64,000 bases of DNA, from the NCBI GenBank assembly GCA_002269645.1, contig NIVC01002036.1:146404-210403 (forward strand), in the 5' to 3' direction. How positions within the stretch are numbered: the first letter of the stretch is position 1; the number at the start of each line of letters is the position of its first letter. The notes beneath the pieces are model-generated. The model was not told where the DNA came from, made no database searches, and was given only the letters and a program-made list of their open reading frames with translations. This stretch comes from Macrostomum lignano. Taxonomy: Eukaryota. Of the stretch, positions 49,157 through 64,000 are shown piece by piece. The position numbers and the translations under genes were made by a program.

Positions 49157-50430
49157 TCACAGGTAGAAGGAAGCCGAGCTGTCGGGCTCCGCATCCCAGC
49201 CGCAGCCGCTGCAGCACCTGTCGGTGGGGCTGGAGCCGAAGTCCAGACGGTCGAGAGCATCGAGGTTCAGCTGCTGCTCGCTGGCGCCAAAGTCGTCGAA
49301 GGCGTTGCGGATTCGCTCTCTGGAGGTGCACATGGCGTGCATGCAGTTCTCGGTGCTGCAGTCTGCAGGCAGCGGGATTCAAGTGTCTGTATATGGCTGT
49401 CTTGGTGTCTGTATATGGCTGTCTTGGTGTCTGTATGTGGCTGTCTTGGTGTCTGTATATGGCTGTCTTGGTGTCTGTATGTGGCTGTCTTGGTGTCTGT
49501 ATATGGCTGTCTTGGTGTCTGTATATGGCTGTCTTGGTGTCTGTATATGGCTGTCTTGGTGTCTGTATATGGCTGTCTTGGTGTCTGTATATGGCTGTCT
49601 TGGTGTCTGTATATGGCTGTCTTGGTGTCTGTATATGGCTGTCTTGGTGTCTGTATATGGCTGTCTTGGTGTCTGTATATGGCTGTCTTGGTGTCTGTAT
49701 GTGGCTGTCTTGGTGTCTGTATGTGGCTGTCTTGGTGTCTGTATGTGGCTGTCTTGGTGTCTGTATGTGGCTGTCTTGGTGTCTGTATGTGGCTGTCTTG
49801 GTGTCTGTATGTGGCTGTCTTGGTGTCTGTATGTGGCTGTCTTGGTGTCTGTATATGGCTGTCTTATTGTCTGTATATGGCTGTCTTGGTGTCTGTATGT
49901 GGCTGTTTTGTGTCTGTATATGGCTGTTTTGTGTCTGTATGTGGCTGTCTTGGTGTCTGTATGTGGCTGTATTAGTCTGTCTTTCTGTCTCTCTAGCAGT
50001 CTTCGTGTCCACCTGTCTATCGTTTATCCTAGTGCCTTTGCTATTGAACAGAACGGTAGATAAGTTTATAAAGCAAATGGTTTAAGACATGAATCATTGA
50101 GGACCGAGTTTTGGATAAAATCTCTGAGAGGTCCCGAGCTCGCACCCCCTCAGCCGGCTCACCCGTCATCCAGGCGGTGCCGAAGTCGTACAGCCGCTGC
50201 TGCTGAGCGGCCCCGTCAACCCGGCACTGCAGCAGCTGGTGGCTGGAGACCCGGTGCAGGCTGGCCCAGGACCGGTGCCCGGAGGACCCGCCCGATTGCG
50301 CCTCACGGCACCCGTCCGGCTCGATGCTTCGCCGACGGAAATTCCACGGAATTGCCGGCTGGTGCGACTTCCGGGTCTGCCTGGCCTTGGACCGGCTTTG
50401 CTTGCGGGGCCGGCTGTGCGCGCAGCCCAT
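49157..50430 (-). CDS. Candidate 2-exon gene, 157 aa, unknown function (MGCAHS... N-terminus); may be the 3' end of a larger gene
   Basis: Exon 50430-50163 (ACG G|gtgagc) and exon 49362-49157 (cctgcag|AC TGC) join in phase 1 (474 nt including stop). The exons are GC-rich and flank a minisatellite intron. No recognisable domain. Confidence 0.45.
49382..49975. repeat. 22-bp minisatellite (AT(A/G)TGGCTGTCTTGGTGTCTGT) x ~27
   Basis: Visible 22-bp period; fills the intron of the candidate gene. Confidence 0.95.
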
Positions 50431-50747
50431 TGAGAGCTCTGCTACTAGTTGAACCGCTTGCCTCGCTGCCTTTCCGTTCCTGACCGTTTTGAGTCCCCAG
50501 TTTGAGTTGACAGAATTTCCCAAGAATTTATGACTTCTTGGGTCAGAGTGAAAATCGATACAAGAATTTCAGTTGCGGGCGCTGATCAGCTGCGCCCCGC
50601 GTGACCGGCGGCTCTCGCGATCCGCCCCAGCCCCGACTCGCGGTGGAAGCCACCCGATTGGCGAAACCTTTGTTTGCTTTCTCATCAGCTTGTGCCAGCA
50701 CTGATTCAATACGTTGTCGCTATGCTTTGCTGCTCATTCAGTCACGT

Positions 50748-51836
<1,089 letters not shown>

Positions 51837-52432
51837 TGCAGGAACTCAAGCCTATATCAGTGATTTAAGTGGCCTTAATTTTAAGTCATTATTTATTTGA
51901 GCTTCCAGGCTCGTATGAGTTTCAATTTTAAACTCAAGCCGTACATTCAGTCTGTGTCACATGCACACGCGAATCCCTCACTAGGATTTGCAAGCGGTGC
52001 CGCTCCCTCCGCCCCCATGTTATCAGTGATGACCCAAAACAAAGAAATGACGCACATCGTAGGGGATACCCGACAGGCCACATCACAGATATGACACTCC
52101 AAAAAAATATATCCGACCAGAATATTTCGAAATATGACACATAAAAGTTTCGCAAAAAACTATAAATTTTGCATTACATGCTACTAATAGTAGAAATGCG
52201 AAAATAATTCGATCGCAGCTCCAAAGGGTTTCAAATAAATCGCATTAGACACAAGTCCAGCTATTTTAGTTATATATATTATTTACTTGCAAATTTTATA
52301 ATTATATTTTATGTGCATACGAATTTTAGTTATAATTAATAAGTTTTCAAATATTATATTATCTTTACATGTTTCACATGTTAGAAAATAGTTATATTAG
52401 CATGTTGAAATAGTGCATTGGTAGGCAGTCAC

Positions 52433-53922
52433 CGAATGGGCAAATGTACTCCTGCCGGCATGCGACTTGGGCCGCTCAGCTGGGCCGGGCGGCTGCTGGG
52501 CTGCGGTGGGCGGCTGCTCAGCTGATCCGGGCTGTGACGCATCGGTCTGAGTAGAGAAATTGCAGTTATTGGTAGAGACAGGGCAGAATGGTAGAGACAG
52601 GGCAGTTATTGGTAGAGACAGGGCAGTTATTGGTAGAGACAGGGCAGAATGGTAGAGACAGGGCAGTTATTGGTAGAGAAAGGGCAGAATGGTAGAGACA
52701 GGGCAGAATGGTAGAGACAGGGCAGAATGGTAGAGACAGGGCAGAATGGTAGAGATAGGGCAGAATGGTAGAGACAGGGCAGTTATTGGTAGAGACAGGG
52801 CAGAATGGTAGAGACAGGGCAGTTATTGGTAGAGAAAGGGCAGAATGGTAGAGACAGGGCAGAATGGTAGAGACAGGGCAGAATGGTAGAGACAGGGCAG
52901 AATGGTAGAGACAGGGCAGAATGGTAGAGAAAGGGCAGAATGGTAGAGACAGGGCAGAATGGTAGAGACAGGGCAGTATGGTAGAAACAGGGCAGAATGG
53001 TAGAGACAGGGCAGAATGGTAGAGACAGGGCAGAATGGTAGAGACAGGGCAGAATGGTAGAGACAGGGCAGAATGGTAGAGACAGGGCAGAATGGTAGAG
53101 ACAGGGCAGAATGGTAGAGAAAGGGCAGAATGGTAGAGACAGGGCAGTATGGTAGAGACAGGGCAGAATGGTAGAGACAGGGCAGAATGGTAGAGACAGG
53201 GCAGAATGGTAGAGACAGGGCAGAATGGTAGAGACAGGGCAGAATGGTAGAGACAGGGCAGAATGGTAGAGACAGGGCAGAATGGTAGAGAAAGGGCAGA
53301 ATGGTAGAGACAGGGCAGTATGGTAGAGACAGGGCAGAATGGTAGAGACAGGGCAGAATGGTAGAGACAGGGCAGAATGGTAGAGACAGGGCAGAATGGT
53401 AGAGACAGGGCAGAATGGTAGAGAAAGGGCAGAATGGTAGAGACAGGGCAGAATGGTAGAGACAGGGTAGAATGGTAGAGACAGGGCAGAATGGTAGAGA
53501 CAGGGTAGAATGGTAGAGACAGGGCAGAATGGTAGAGACAGGGTAGAATGGTAGAGACAGGGCAGAATGGTAGAGAAAGGGCAGAATGGTAGAGACAGGG
53601 CAGTATGGTAGAGACAGGGCAGAATGGTAGAGACAGGGCAGAATGGTAGAGACAGGGCAGAATGGTAGAGACAGGGCAGAATGGTAGAGACAGGGCAGAA
53701 TGGTAGAGACAGGGCAGAATGGTAGAGACAGGGCAGAATGGTAGAGAAAGGGCAGAATGGTAGAGACAGGGCAGTATGGTAGAGACAGGGCAGTTATTGG
53801 TAAAAATATTGCTCTTCACCTTCACTTACCATTAACTGGAATCGATCAGACGCGGCGAGCTCTTTCTCAAACGACTTTTGCCGCTTAGCGACGTCATAGC
53901 ATTTGCCTTTGCGGCTTATCAG
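52433..53922 (-). CDS. Two candidate internal phase-0 exons of an unknown gene (53922-53830 and 52546-52433)
   Basis: aaaacag|LISRKGKCYDVAKRQKSFEKELAASDRFQLM|gtaagt and tactcag|TDASQPG...STFAHS|gtgact. Both are open and multiples of 3, and they flank the 19-bp array as an intron. Start and end of the gene were not found. Confidence 0.4.
52565..53800. repeat. 19-bp minisatellite (GGTAGAGACAGGGCAGAAT) x ~65 with recurring variants
   Basis: Visible 19-bp period. Variants GAAAGGG, GCAGTAT, GCAGTTATT and GGTAGAAT recur in blocks. Confidence 0.97.
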
Positions 53923-55101
53923 CTGTTTTATGAACTCCAATTGTTTGGACATTTGGGTTAATTTATTGAAAAAATGAAATTAATTGACAAATAGAAATCT
54001 GGCTTTTTGAAAGGCCAACTGAAGTCCCATTTTATATGAAGCGGCAGTTTGACATCAACAAGTTCACTCTAATTTTCATTGGTTCGGAATGGGGTGGTCA
54101 AAATATTTCACGTTCATAGTACGTGTCAAATCCACTATGCTTTTAGACTCGAAGGGGTGGACTGCTTCATTTCAGTAGTGACTCATTTTGACACCAAATT
54201 ACTTTGATTCAAAATGAAACATGCGCATTAACCAGCATGAAACATACATTAGGTACAATATGCCCCACTCACATTCACAGCCTCATTCACAGCCTCATTC
54301 ACTGCCTCATTCACAGCCTCACAGCCAGACTCACTGATCGACCCTAATCCAGTTTGGGTTTCGAATACTCAGTTATTTCTGCATTTTCAATTCATTGAGT
54401 AGCTCTGTGAGATCCGCTGCTGTCAATATACAGTGGGCAGTGGATAACAAATAAATGACACACAATGAATTGGATAGGAATTAAATGAATGATGCAAAAT
54501 AGAAATTCGAGAAATAGATTAAATATGCAAGAAAAAGACGTATATGCTCAAAAATTAGGATGAAGTCAGTCATCAACAAATCAAAGAGTAGATAAAATTT
54601 CTCTTTGGTGACTAAATAAAGTTTACAATTTTACATATTTGGAACTGCTTGACACTATTCTTTACGATAATGGCGCAATCATAAGTTTGGTGCAACAAAT
54701 TTGCTTAGATAGGTGTCTTCCACCATGAACCACCCATCACTGTCACCGAGCATTGCGCAATCTTGAGCATACCCAGAGCACGTATTTGCTTTTAAGCAAT
54801 CGTGAGAACTGCGATTCTTATCTTTACTCAAAATCCAGCTACAGTGGAAAGATCGAGAAAAGCGCGAAACACACCTCCAAACAAACCGCTGTGCATAATA
54901 CAAAACAATATATAGATAAAAAGTGGAACGCTCACAGCAGGTGACCAAACCAAAAGTAAAAGCAAAGCCCAATTGTATTTTGATAAAAAGCCATTACTAA
55001 AGAAGCTGGCGAAATATTTCTGAGCTAACCTGTCAATATCAAGTATAAGTTAAAATGTACGAGCGCAGTAAATTCAAACATGGATTTAAACTATAGCGGC
55101 G

Positions 55102-58100
55102 CTGTCAATATATAGAATTAAATGGAGAGCTTAGAAATGACACTCAATGGGGCTGATATACACAGGTGCAAAGATGACGCAGAGCCCGCTACTCTCAGCA
55201 TCTCTAACTAGCCCTGTCGCTGTCAATATATAGAATTAAATGGAGAGCTTAGAAATGACACTCAATGGGGCTGATATACACAGGTGCAAAGATGACGCAG
55301 AGCCCGCTACTCTCAGCATCTCTAACTAGCCCTGTCGCTGTCAATATATAGAATTAAATGGAGAGCTTAGAAATGACACTCAATGGGGCTGATATACACA
55401 GGTGCAAAGATGACGCAGAGCCCGCTACTCTCAGCATCTCTAACTAGCCCTGTCGCTGTCAATATATAGAATTAAATGGAGAGCTTAGAAATGACACTCA
55501 ATGGGGCTGATATACACAGGTGCAAAGATGACGCAGAGCCCGCTACTCTCAGCATCTCTAACTAGCCCTGTCGCTGTCAATATATAGAATTAAATGGAGA
55601 GCTTAGAAATGACACTCAATGGGGCTGATATACACAGGTGCAAAGATGACGCAGAGCCCGCTACTCTCAGCATCTCTAACTAGCCCTGTCGCTGTCAATA
55701 TATAGAATTAAATGGAGAGCTTAGAAATGACACTCAATGGGGCTGATATACACAGGTGCAAAGATGACGCAGAGCCCGCTACTCTCAGCATCTCTAACTA
55801 GCCCTGTCGCTGTCAATATATAGAATTAAATGGAGAGCTTAGAAATGACACTCAATGGGGCTGATATACACAGGTGCAAAGATGACGCAGAGCCCGCTAC
55901 TCTCAGCATCTCTAACTAGCCCTGTCGCTGTCAATATATAGAATTAAATGGAGAGCTTAGAAATGACACTCAATGGGGCTGATATACACAGGTGCAAAGA
56001 TGACGCAGAGCCCGCTACTCTCAGCATCTCTAACTAGCCCTGTCGCTGTCAATATATAGAATTAAATGGAGAGCTTAGAAATGACACTCAATGGGGCTGA
56101 TATACACAGGTGCAAAGATGACGCAGAGCCCGCTACTCTCAGCATCTCTAACTAGCCCTGTCGCTGTCAATATATAGAATTAAATGGAGAGCTTAGAAAT
56201 GACACTCAATGGGGCTGATATACACAGGTGCAAAGATGACGCAGAGCCCGCTACTCTCAGCATCTCTAACTAGCCCTGTCGCTGTCAATATATAGAATTA
56301 AATGGAGAGCTTAGAAATGACACTCAATGGGGCTGATATACACAGGTGCAAAGATGACGCAGAGCCCGCTACTCTCAGCATCTCTAACTAGCCCTGTCGC
56401 TGTCAATATATAGAATTAAATGGAGAGCTTAGAAATGACACTCAATGGGGCTGATATACACAGGTGCAAAGATGACGCAGAGCCCGCTACTCTCAGCATC
56501 TCTAACTAGCCCTGTCGCTGTCAATATATAGAATTAAATGGAGAGCTTAGAAATGACACTCAATGGGGCTGATATACACAGGTGCAAAGATGACGCAGAG
56601 CCCGCTACTCTCAGCATCTCTAACTAGCCCTGTCGCTGTCAATATATAGAATTAAATGGAGAGCTTAGAAATGACACTCAATGGGGCTGATATACACAGG
56701 TGCAAAGATGACGCAGAGCCCGCTACTCTCAGCATCTCTAACTAGCCCTGTCGCTGTCAATATATAGAATTAAATGGAGAGCTTAGAAATGACACTCAAT
56801 GGGGCTGATATACACAGGTGCAAAGATGACGCAGAGCCCGCTACTCTCAGCATCTCTAACTAGCCCTGTCGCTGTCAATATATAGAATTAAATGGAGAGC
56901 TTAGAAATGACACTCAATGGGGCTGATATACACAGGTGCAAAGATGACGCAGAGCCCGCTACTCTCAGCATCTCTAACTAGCCCTGTCGCTGTCAATATA
57001 TAGAATTAAATGGAGAGCTTAGAAATGACACTCAATGGGGCTGATATACACAGGTGCAAAGATGACGCAGAGCCCGCTACTCTCAGCATCTCTAACTAGC
57101 CCTGTCGCTGTCAATATATAGAATTAAATGGAGAGCTTAGAAATGACACTCAATGGGGCTGATATACACAGGTGCAAAGATGACGCAGAGCCCGCTACTC
57201 TCAGCATCTCTAACTAGCCCTGTCGCTGTCAATATATAGAATTAAATGGAGAGCTTAGAAATGACACTCAATGGGGCTGATATACACAGGTGCAAAGATG
57301 ACGCAGAGCCCGCTACTCTCAGCATCTCTAACTAGCCCTGTCGCTGTCAATATATAGAATTAAATGGAGAGCTTAGAAATGACACTCAATGGGGCTGATA
57401 TACACAGGTGCAAAGATGACGCAGAGCCCGCTACTCTCAGCATCTCTAACTAGCCCTGTCGCTGTCAATATATAGAATTAAATGGAGAGCTTAGAAATGA
57501 CACTCAATGGGGCTGATATACACAGGTGCAAAGATGACGCAGAGCCCGCTACTCTCAGCATCTCTAACTAGCCCTGTCGCTGTCAATATATAGAATTAAA
57601 TGGAGAGCTTAGAAATGACACTCAATGGGGCTGATATACACAGGTGCAAAGATGACGCAGAGCCCGCTACTCTCAGCATCTCTAACTAGCCCTGTCGCTG
57701 TCAATATATAGAATTAAATGGAGAGCTTAGAAATGACACTCAATGGGGCTGATATACACAGGTGCAAAGATGACGCAGAGCCCGCTACTCTCAGCATCTC
57801 TAACTAGCCCTGTCGCTGTCAATATATAGAATTAAATGGAGAGCTTAGAAATGACACTCAATGGGGCTGATATACACAGGTGCAAAGATGACGCAGAGCC
57901 CGCTACTCTCAGCATCTCTAACTAGCCCTGTCGCTGTCAATATATAGAATTAAATGGAGAGCTTAGAAATGACACTCAATGGGGCTGATATACACAGGTG
58001 CAAAGATGACGCAGAGCCCGCTACTCTCAGCATCTCTAACTAGCCCTGTCGCTGTCAATATATAGAATTAAATGGAGAGCTTAGAAATGACACTCAATGG

Positions 58101-61100
58101 GGCTGATATACACAGGTGCAAAGATGACGCAGAGCCCGCTACTCTCAGCATCTCTAACTAGCCCTGTCGCTGTCAATATATAGAATTAAATGGAGAGCTT
58201 AGAAATGACACTCAATGGGGCTGATATACACAGGTGCAAAGATGACGCAGAGCCCGCTACTCTCAGCATCTCTAACTAGCCCTGTCGCTGTCAATATATA
58301 GAATTAAATGGAGAGCTTAGAAATGACACTCAATGGGGCTGATATACACAGGTGCAAAGATGACGCAGAGCCCGCTACTCTCAGCATCTCTAACTAGCCC
58401 TGTCGCTGTCAATATATAGAATTAAATGGAGAGCTTAGAAATGACACTCAATGGGGCTGATATACACAGGTGCAAAGATGACGCAGAGCCCGCTACTCTC
58501 AGCATCTCTAACTAGCCCTGTCGCTGTCAATATATAGAATTAAATGGAGAGCTTAGAAATGACACTCAATGGGGCTGATATACACAGGTGCAAAGATGAC
58601 GCAGAGCCCGCTACTCTCAGCATCTCTAACTAGCCCTGTCGCTGTCAATATATAGAATTAAATGGAGAGCTTAGAAATGACACTCAATGGGGCTGATATA
58701 CACAGGTGCAAAGATGACGCAGAGCCCGCTACTCTCAGCATCTCTAACTAGCCCTGTCGCTGTCAATATATAGAATTAAATGGAGAGCTTAGAAATGACA
58801 CTCAATGGGGCTGATATACACAGGTGCAAAGATGACGCAGAGCCCGCTACTCTCAGCATCTCTAACTAGCCCTGTCGCTGTCAATATATAGAATTAAATG
58901 GAGAGCTTAGAAATGACACTCAATGGGGCTGATATACACAGGTGCAAAGATGACGCAGAGCCCGCTACTCTCAGCATCTCTAACTAGCCCTGTCGCTGTC
59001 AATATATAGAATTAAATGGAGAGCTTAGAAATGACACTCAATGGGGCTGATATACACAGGTGCAAAGATGACGCAGAGCCCGCTACTCTCAGCATCTCTA
59101 ACTAGCCCTGTCGCTGTCAATATATAGAATTAAATGGAGAGCTTAGAAATGACACTCAATGGGGCTGATATACACAGGTGCAAAGATGACGCAGAGCCCG
59201 CTACTCTCAGCATCTCTAACTAGCCCTGTCGCTGTCAATATATAGAATTAAATGGAGAGCTTAGAAATGACACTCAATGGGGCTGATATACACAGGTGCA
59301 AAGATGACGCAGAGCCCGCTACTCTCAGCATCTCTAACTAGCCCTGTCGCTGTCAATATATAGAATTAAATGGAGAGCTTAGAAATGACACTCAATGGGG
59401 CTGATATACACAGGTGCAAAGATGACGCAGAGCCCGCTACTCTCAGCATCTCTAACTAGCCCTGTCGCTGTCAATATATAGAATTAAATGGAGAGCTTAG
59501 AAATGACACTCAATGGGGCTGATATACACAGGTGCAAAGATGACGCAGAGCCCGCTACTCTCAGCATCTCTAACTAGCCCTGTCGCTGTCAATATATAGA
59601 ATTAAATGGAGAGCTTAGAAATGACACTCAATGGGGCTGATATACACAGGTGCAAAGATGACGCAGAGCCCGCTACTCTCAGCATCTCTAACTAGCCCTG
59701 TCGCTGTCAATATATAGAATTAAATGGAGAGCTTAGAAATGACACTCAATGGGGCTGATATACACAGGTGCAAAGATGACGCAGAGCCCGCTACTCTCAG
59801 CATCTCTAACTAGCCCTGTCGCTGTCAATATATAGAATTAAATGGAGAGCTTAGAAATGACACTCAATGGGGCTGATATACACAGGTGCAAAGATGACGC
59901 AGAGCCCGCTACTCTCAGCATCTCTAACTAGCCCTGTCGCTGTCAATATATAGAATTAAATGGAGAGCTTAGAAATGACACTCAATGGGGCTGATATACA
60001 CAGGTGCAAAGATGACGCAGAGCCCGCTACTCTCAGCATCTCTAACTAGCCCTGTCGCTGTCAATATATAGAATTAAATGGAGAGCTTAGAAATGACACT
60101 CAATGGGGCTGATATACACAGGTGCAAAGATGACGCAGAGCCCGCTACTCTCAGCATCTCTAACTAGCCCTGTCGCTGTCAATATATAGAATTAAATGGA
60201 GAGCTTAGAAATGACACTCAATGGGGCTGATATACACAGGTGCAAAGATGACGCAGAGCCCGCTACTCTCAGCATCTCTAACTAGCCCTGTCGCTGTCAA
60301 TATATAGAATTAAATGGAGAGCTTAGAAATGACACTCAATGGGGCTGATATACACAGGTGCAAAGATGACGCAGAGCCCGCTACTCTCAGCATCTCTAAC
60401 TAGCCCTGTCGCTGTCAATATATAGAATTAAATGGAGAGCTTAGAAATGACACTCAATGGGGCTGATATACACAGGTGCAAAGATGACGCAGAGCCCGCT
60501 ACTCTCAGCATCTCTAACTAGCCCTGTCGCTGTCAATATATAGAATTAAATGGAGAGCTTAGAAATGACACTCAATGGGGCTGATATACACAGGTGCAAA
60601 GATGACGCAGAGCCCGCTACTCTCAGCATCTCTAACTAGCCCTGTCGCTGTCAATATATAGAATTAAATGGAGAGCTTAGAAATGACACTCAATGGGGCT
60701 GATATACACAGGTGCAAAGATGACGCAGAGCCCGCTACTCTCAGCATCTCTAACTAGCCCTGTCGCTGTCAATATATAGAATTAAATGGAGAGCTTAGAA
60801 ATGACACTCAATGGGGCTGATATACACAGGTGCAAAGATGACGCAGAGCCCGCTACTCTCAGCATCTCTAACTAGCCCTGTCGCTGTCAATATATAGAAT
60901 TAAATGGAGAGCTTAGAAATGACACTCAATGGGGCTGATATACACAGGTGCAAAGATGACGCAGAGCCCGCTACTCTCAGCATCTCTAACTAGCCCTGTC
61001 GCTGTCAATATATAGAATTAAATGGAGAGCTTAGAAATGACACTCAATGGGGCTGATATACACAGGTGCAAAGATGACGCAGAGCCCGCTACTCTCAGCA

Positions 61101-64000
61101 TCTCTAACTAGCCCTGTCGCTGTCAATATATAGAATTAAATGGAGAGCTTAGAAATGACACTCAATGGGGCTGATATACACAGGTGCAAAGATGACGCAG
61201 AGCCCGCTACTCTCAGCATCTCTAACTAGCCCTGTCGCTGTCAATATATAGAATTAAATGGAGAGCTTAGAAATGACACTCAATGGGCTGATATACACAG
61301 GTGCAAAGATGACGCAGAGCCCGCTACTCTCAGCATCTCTAACTAGCCCTGTCGCTGTCAATATATAGAATTAAATGGAGAGCTTAGAAATGACACTCAA
61401 TGGGGCTGATATACACAGGTGCAAAGATGACGCAGAGCCCGCTACTCTCAGCATCTCTAACTAGCCCTGTCGCTGTCAATATATAGAATTAAATGGAGAG
61501 CTTAGAAATGACACTCAATGGGGCTGATATACACAGGTGCAAAGATGACGCAGAGCCCGCTACTCTCAGCATCTCTAACTAGCCCTGTCGCTGTCAATAT
61601 ATAGAATTAAATGGAGAGCTTAGAAATGACACTCAATGGGGCTGATATACACAGGTGCAAAGATGACGCAGAGCCCGCTACTCTCAGCATCTCTAACTAG
61701 CCCTGTCGCTGTCAATATATAGAATTAAATGGAGAGCTTAGAAATGACACTCAATGGGGCTGATATACACAGGTGCAAAGATGACGCAGAGCCCGCTACT
61801 CTCAGCATCTCTAACTAGCCCTGTCGCTGTCAATATATAGAATTAAATGGAGAGCTTAGAAATGACACTCAATGGGGCTGATATACACAGGTGCAAAGAT
61901 GACGCAGAGCCGCTACTCTCAGCATCTCTAACTAGCCTGTCGCTGTCAATATATAGAATTAAATGGAGAGCTTAGAAATGACACTCAATGGGCTGATATA
62001 CACAGGTGCAAAGATGACGCAGAGCCCGCTACTCTCAGCATCTCTAACTAGCCCTGTCGCTGTCAATATATAGAATTAAATGGAGAGCTTAGAAATGACA
62101 CTCAATGGGGCTGATATACACAGGTGCAAAGATGACGCAGAGCCCGCTACTCTCAGCATCTCTAACTAGCCCTGTCGCTGTCAATATATAGAATTAAATG
62201 GAGAGCTTAGAAATGACACTCAATGGGGCTGATATACACAGGTGCAAAGATGACGCAGAGCCCGCTACTCTCAGCATCTCTAACTAGCCCTGTCGCTGTC
62301 AATATATAGAATTAAATGGAGAGCTTAGAAATGACACTCAATGGGCTGATATACACAGGTGCAAAGATGACGCAGAGCCCGCTACTCTCAGCATCTCTAA
62401 CTAGCCCTGTCGCTGTCAATATATAGAATTAAATGGAGAGCTTAGAAATGACACTCAATGGGCTGATATACACAGGTGCAAAGATGACGCAGAGCCCGCT
62501 ACTCTCAGCATCTCTAACTAGCCCTGTCGCTGTCAATATATAGAATTAAATGGAGAGCTTAGAAATGACACTCAATGGGGCTGATATACACAGGTGCAAA
62601 GATGACGCAGAGCCCGCTACTCTCAGCATCTCTAACTAGCCCTGTCGCTGTCAATATATAGAATTAAATGGAGAGCTTAGAAATGACACTCAATGGGCTG
62701 ATATACACAGGTGCAAAGATGACGCAGAGCCGCTACTCTCAGCATCTCTAACTAGCCCTGTCGCTGTCAATATATAGAATTAAATGGAGAGCTTAGAAAT
62801 GACACTCAATGGGCTGATATACACAGGTGCAAAGATGACGCAGAGCCCGCTACTCTCAGCATCTCTAACTAGCCCTGTCGCTGTCAATATATAGAATTAA
62901 ATGGAGAGCTTAGAAATGACACTCAATGGGCTGATATACACAGGTGCAAAGATGACGCAGAGCCCGCTACTCTCAGCATCTCTAACTAGCCCTGTCGCTG
63001 TCAATATATAGAATTAAATGGAGAGCTTAGAAATGACACTCAATGGGGCTGATATACACAGGTGCAAAGATGACGCAGAGCCCGCTACTCTCAGCATCTC
63101 TAACTAGCCCTGTCGCTGTCAATATATAGAATTAAATGGAGAGCTTAGAAATGACACTCAATGGGGCTGATATACACAGGTGCAAAGATGACGCAGAGCC
63201 CGCTACTCTCAGCATCTCTAACTAGCCCTGTCGCTGTCAATATATAGAATTAAATGGAGAGCTTAGAAATGACACTCAATGGGGCTGATATACACAGGTG
63301 CAAAGATGACGCAGAGCCCGCTACTCTCAGCATCTCTAACTAGCCCTGTCGCTGTCAATATATAGAATTAAATGGAGGCTTAGAAATGACACTCAATGGG
63401 GCTGATATACACAGGTGCAAAGATGACGCAGAGCCCGCTACTCTCAGCATCTCTAACTAGCCCTGTCGCTGTCAATATATAGAATTAAATGGAGAGCTTA
63501 GAAATGACACTCAATGGGGCTGATATACACAGGTGCAAAGATGACGCAGAGCCCGCTACTCTCAGCATCTCTAACTAGCCCTGTCGCTGTCAATATATAG
63601 AATTAAATGGAGAGCTTAGAAATGACACTCAATGGGGCTGATATACACAGGTGCAAAGATGACGCAGAGCCCGCTACTCTCAGCATCTCTAACTAGCCCT
63701 GTCGCTGTCAATATATAGAATTAAATGGAGAGCTTAGAAATGACACTCAATGGGGCTGATATACACAGGTGCAAAGATGACGCAGAGCCCGCTACTCTCA
63801 GCATCTCTAACTAGCCCTGTCGCTGTCAATATATAGAATTAAATGGAGAGCTTAGAAATGACACTCAATGGGCTGATATACACAGGTGCAAAGATGACGC
63901 AGAGCCCGCTACTCTCAGCATCTCTAACTAGCCCTGTCGCTGTCAATATATAGAATTAAATGGAGAGCTTAGAAATGACACTCAATGGGGCTGATATACA
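55102..64000. repeat. 118-bp satellite DNA, ~75 near-identical copies, continuing past the window end
   Basis: Monomer CTGTCAATATATAGAATTAAATGGAGAGCTTAGAAATGACACTCAATGGGGCTGATATACACAGGTGCAAAGATGACGCAGAGCCCGCTACTCTCAGCATCTCTAACTAGCCCTGTCG starts at 55102, 55220, 55338 and so on. The only variants noticed are scattered 1-bp deletions after ~61280. Confidence 0.99.

Noticed and set aside
49092-50085. 279-313-aa ORFs on both strands
   Set aside because: Driven by the 22-bp repeat.
52566-53825. 419-aa ORF (CPVSTILPCLYHSALSLPF repeats)
   Set aside because: Translation of the 19-bp minisatellite.
55102-64000. 118-bp monomer as a 5S rRNA, tRNA, snRNA or spliced-leader RNA tandem array
   Set aside because: Despite the 5S-like length, I recognised no 5S sequence or box A/C, no tRNA cloverleaf or box B, and no SL/Sm-site pattern. 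An Rfam/Infernal search would be decisive.

Overview
Eukaryotic (animal) genomic DNA with GT-AG spliced genes, GC-rich exons and introns filled with minisatellites. This pattern resembles the repeat-rich genome of the free-living flatworm Macrostomum (inference only). I hand-spliced these genes: the 5' part of a centriolin-like gene (-), a 6-exon FUBP/KHSRP/PSI KH-domain gene (-) with an intronless TRPV-like channel gene nested antisense in intron 2, a divergent MOB2 (+), a 1114-aa ankyrin-repeat/cGAS-like (Mab21) nucleotidyltransferase fusion with an apparently intact catalytic triad (+), and an 8-exon secreted discoidin-discoidin-F-lectin-like gene (-). There are also candidate exons of an unknown gene. 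Mobile DNA includes a complete 8459-bp EnSpm/CACTA-type element (CCCAGTGG TIRs, AA TSD, intact transposase, divergent 6-exon accessory gene), a decayed intron-containing Crypton-like tyrosine recombinase inside a TIR-bounded 3.2-kb element, and several MITE-like remnants. The last 8.9 kb is a near-perfect 118-bp satellite. The most interesting item is the ANK-cGLR, a candidate innate-immune sensor. All calls are from manual reading; no searches were run.
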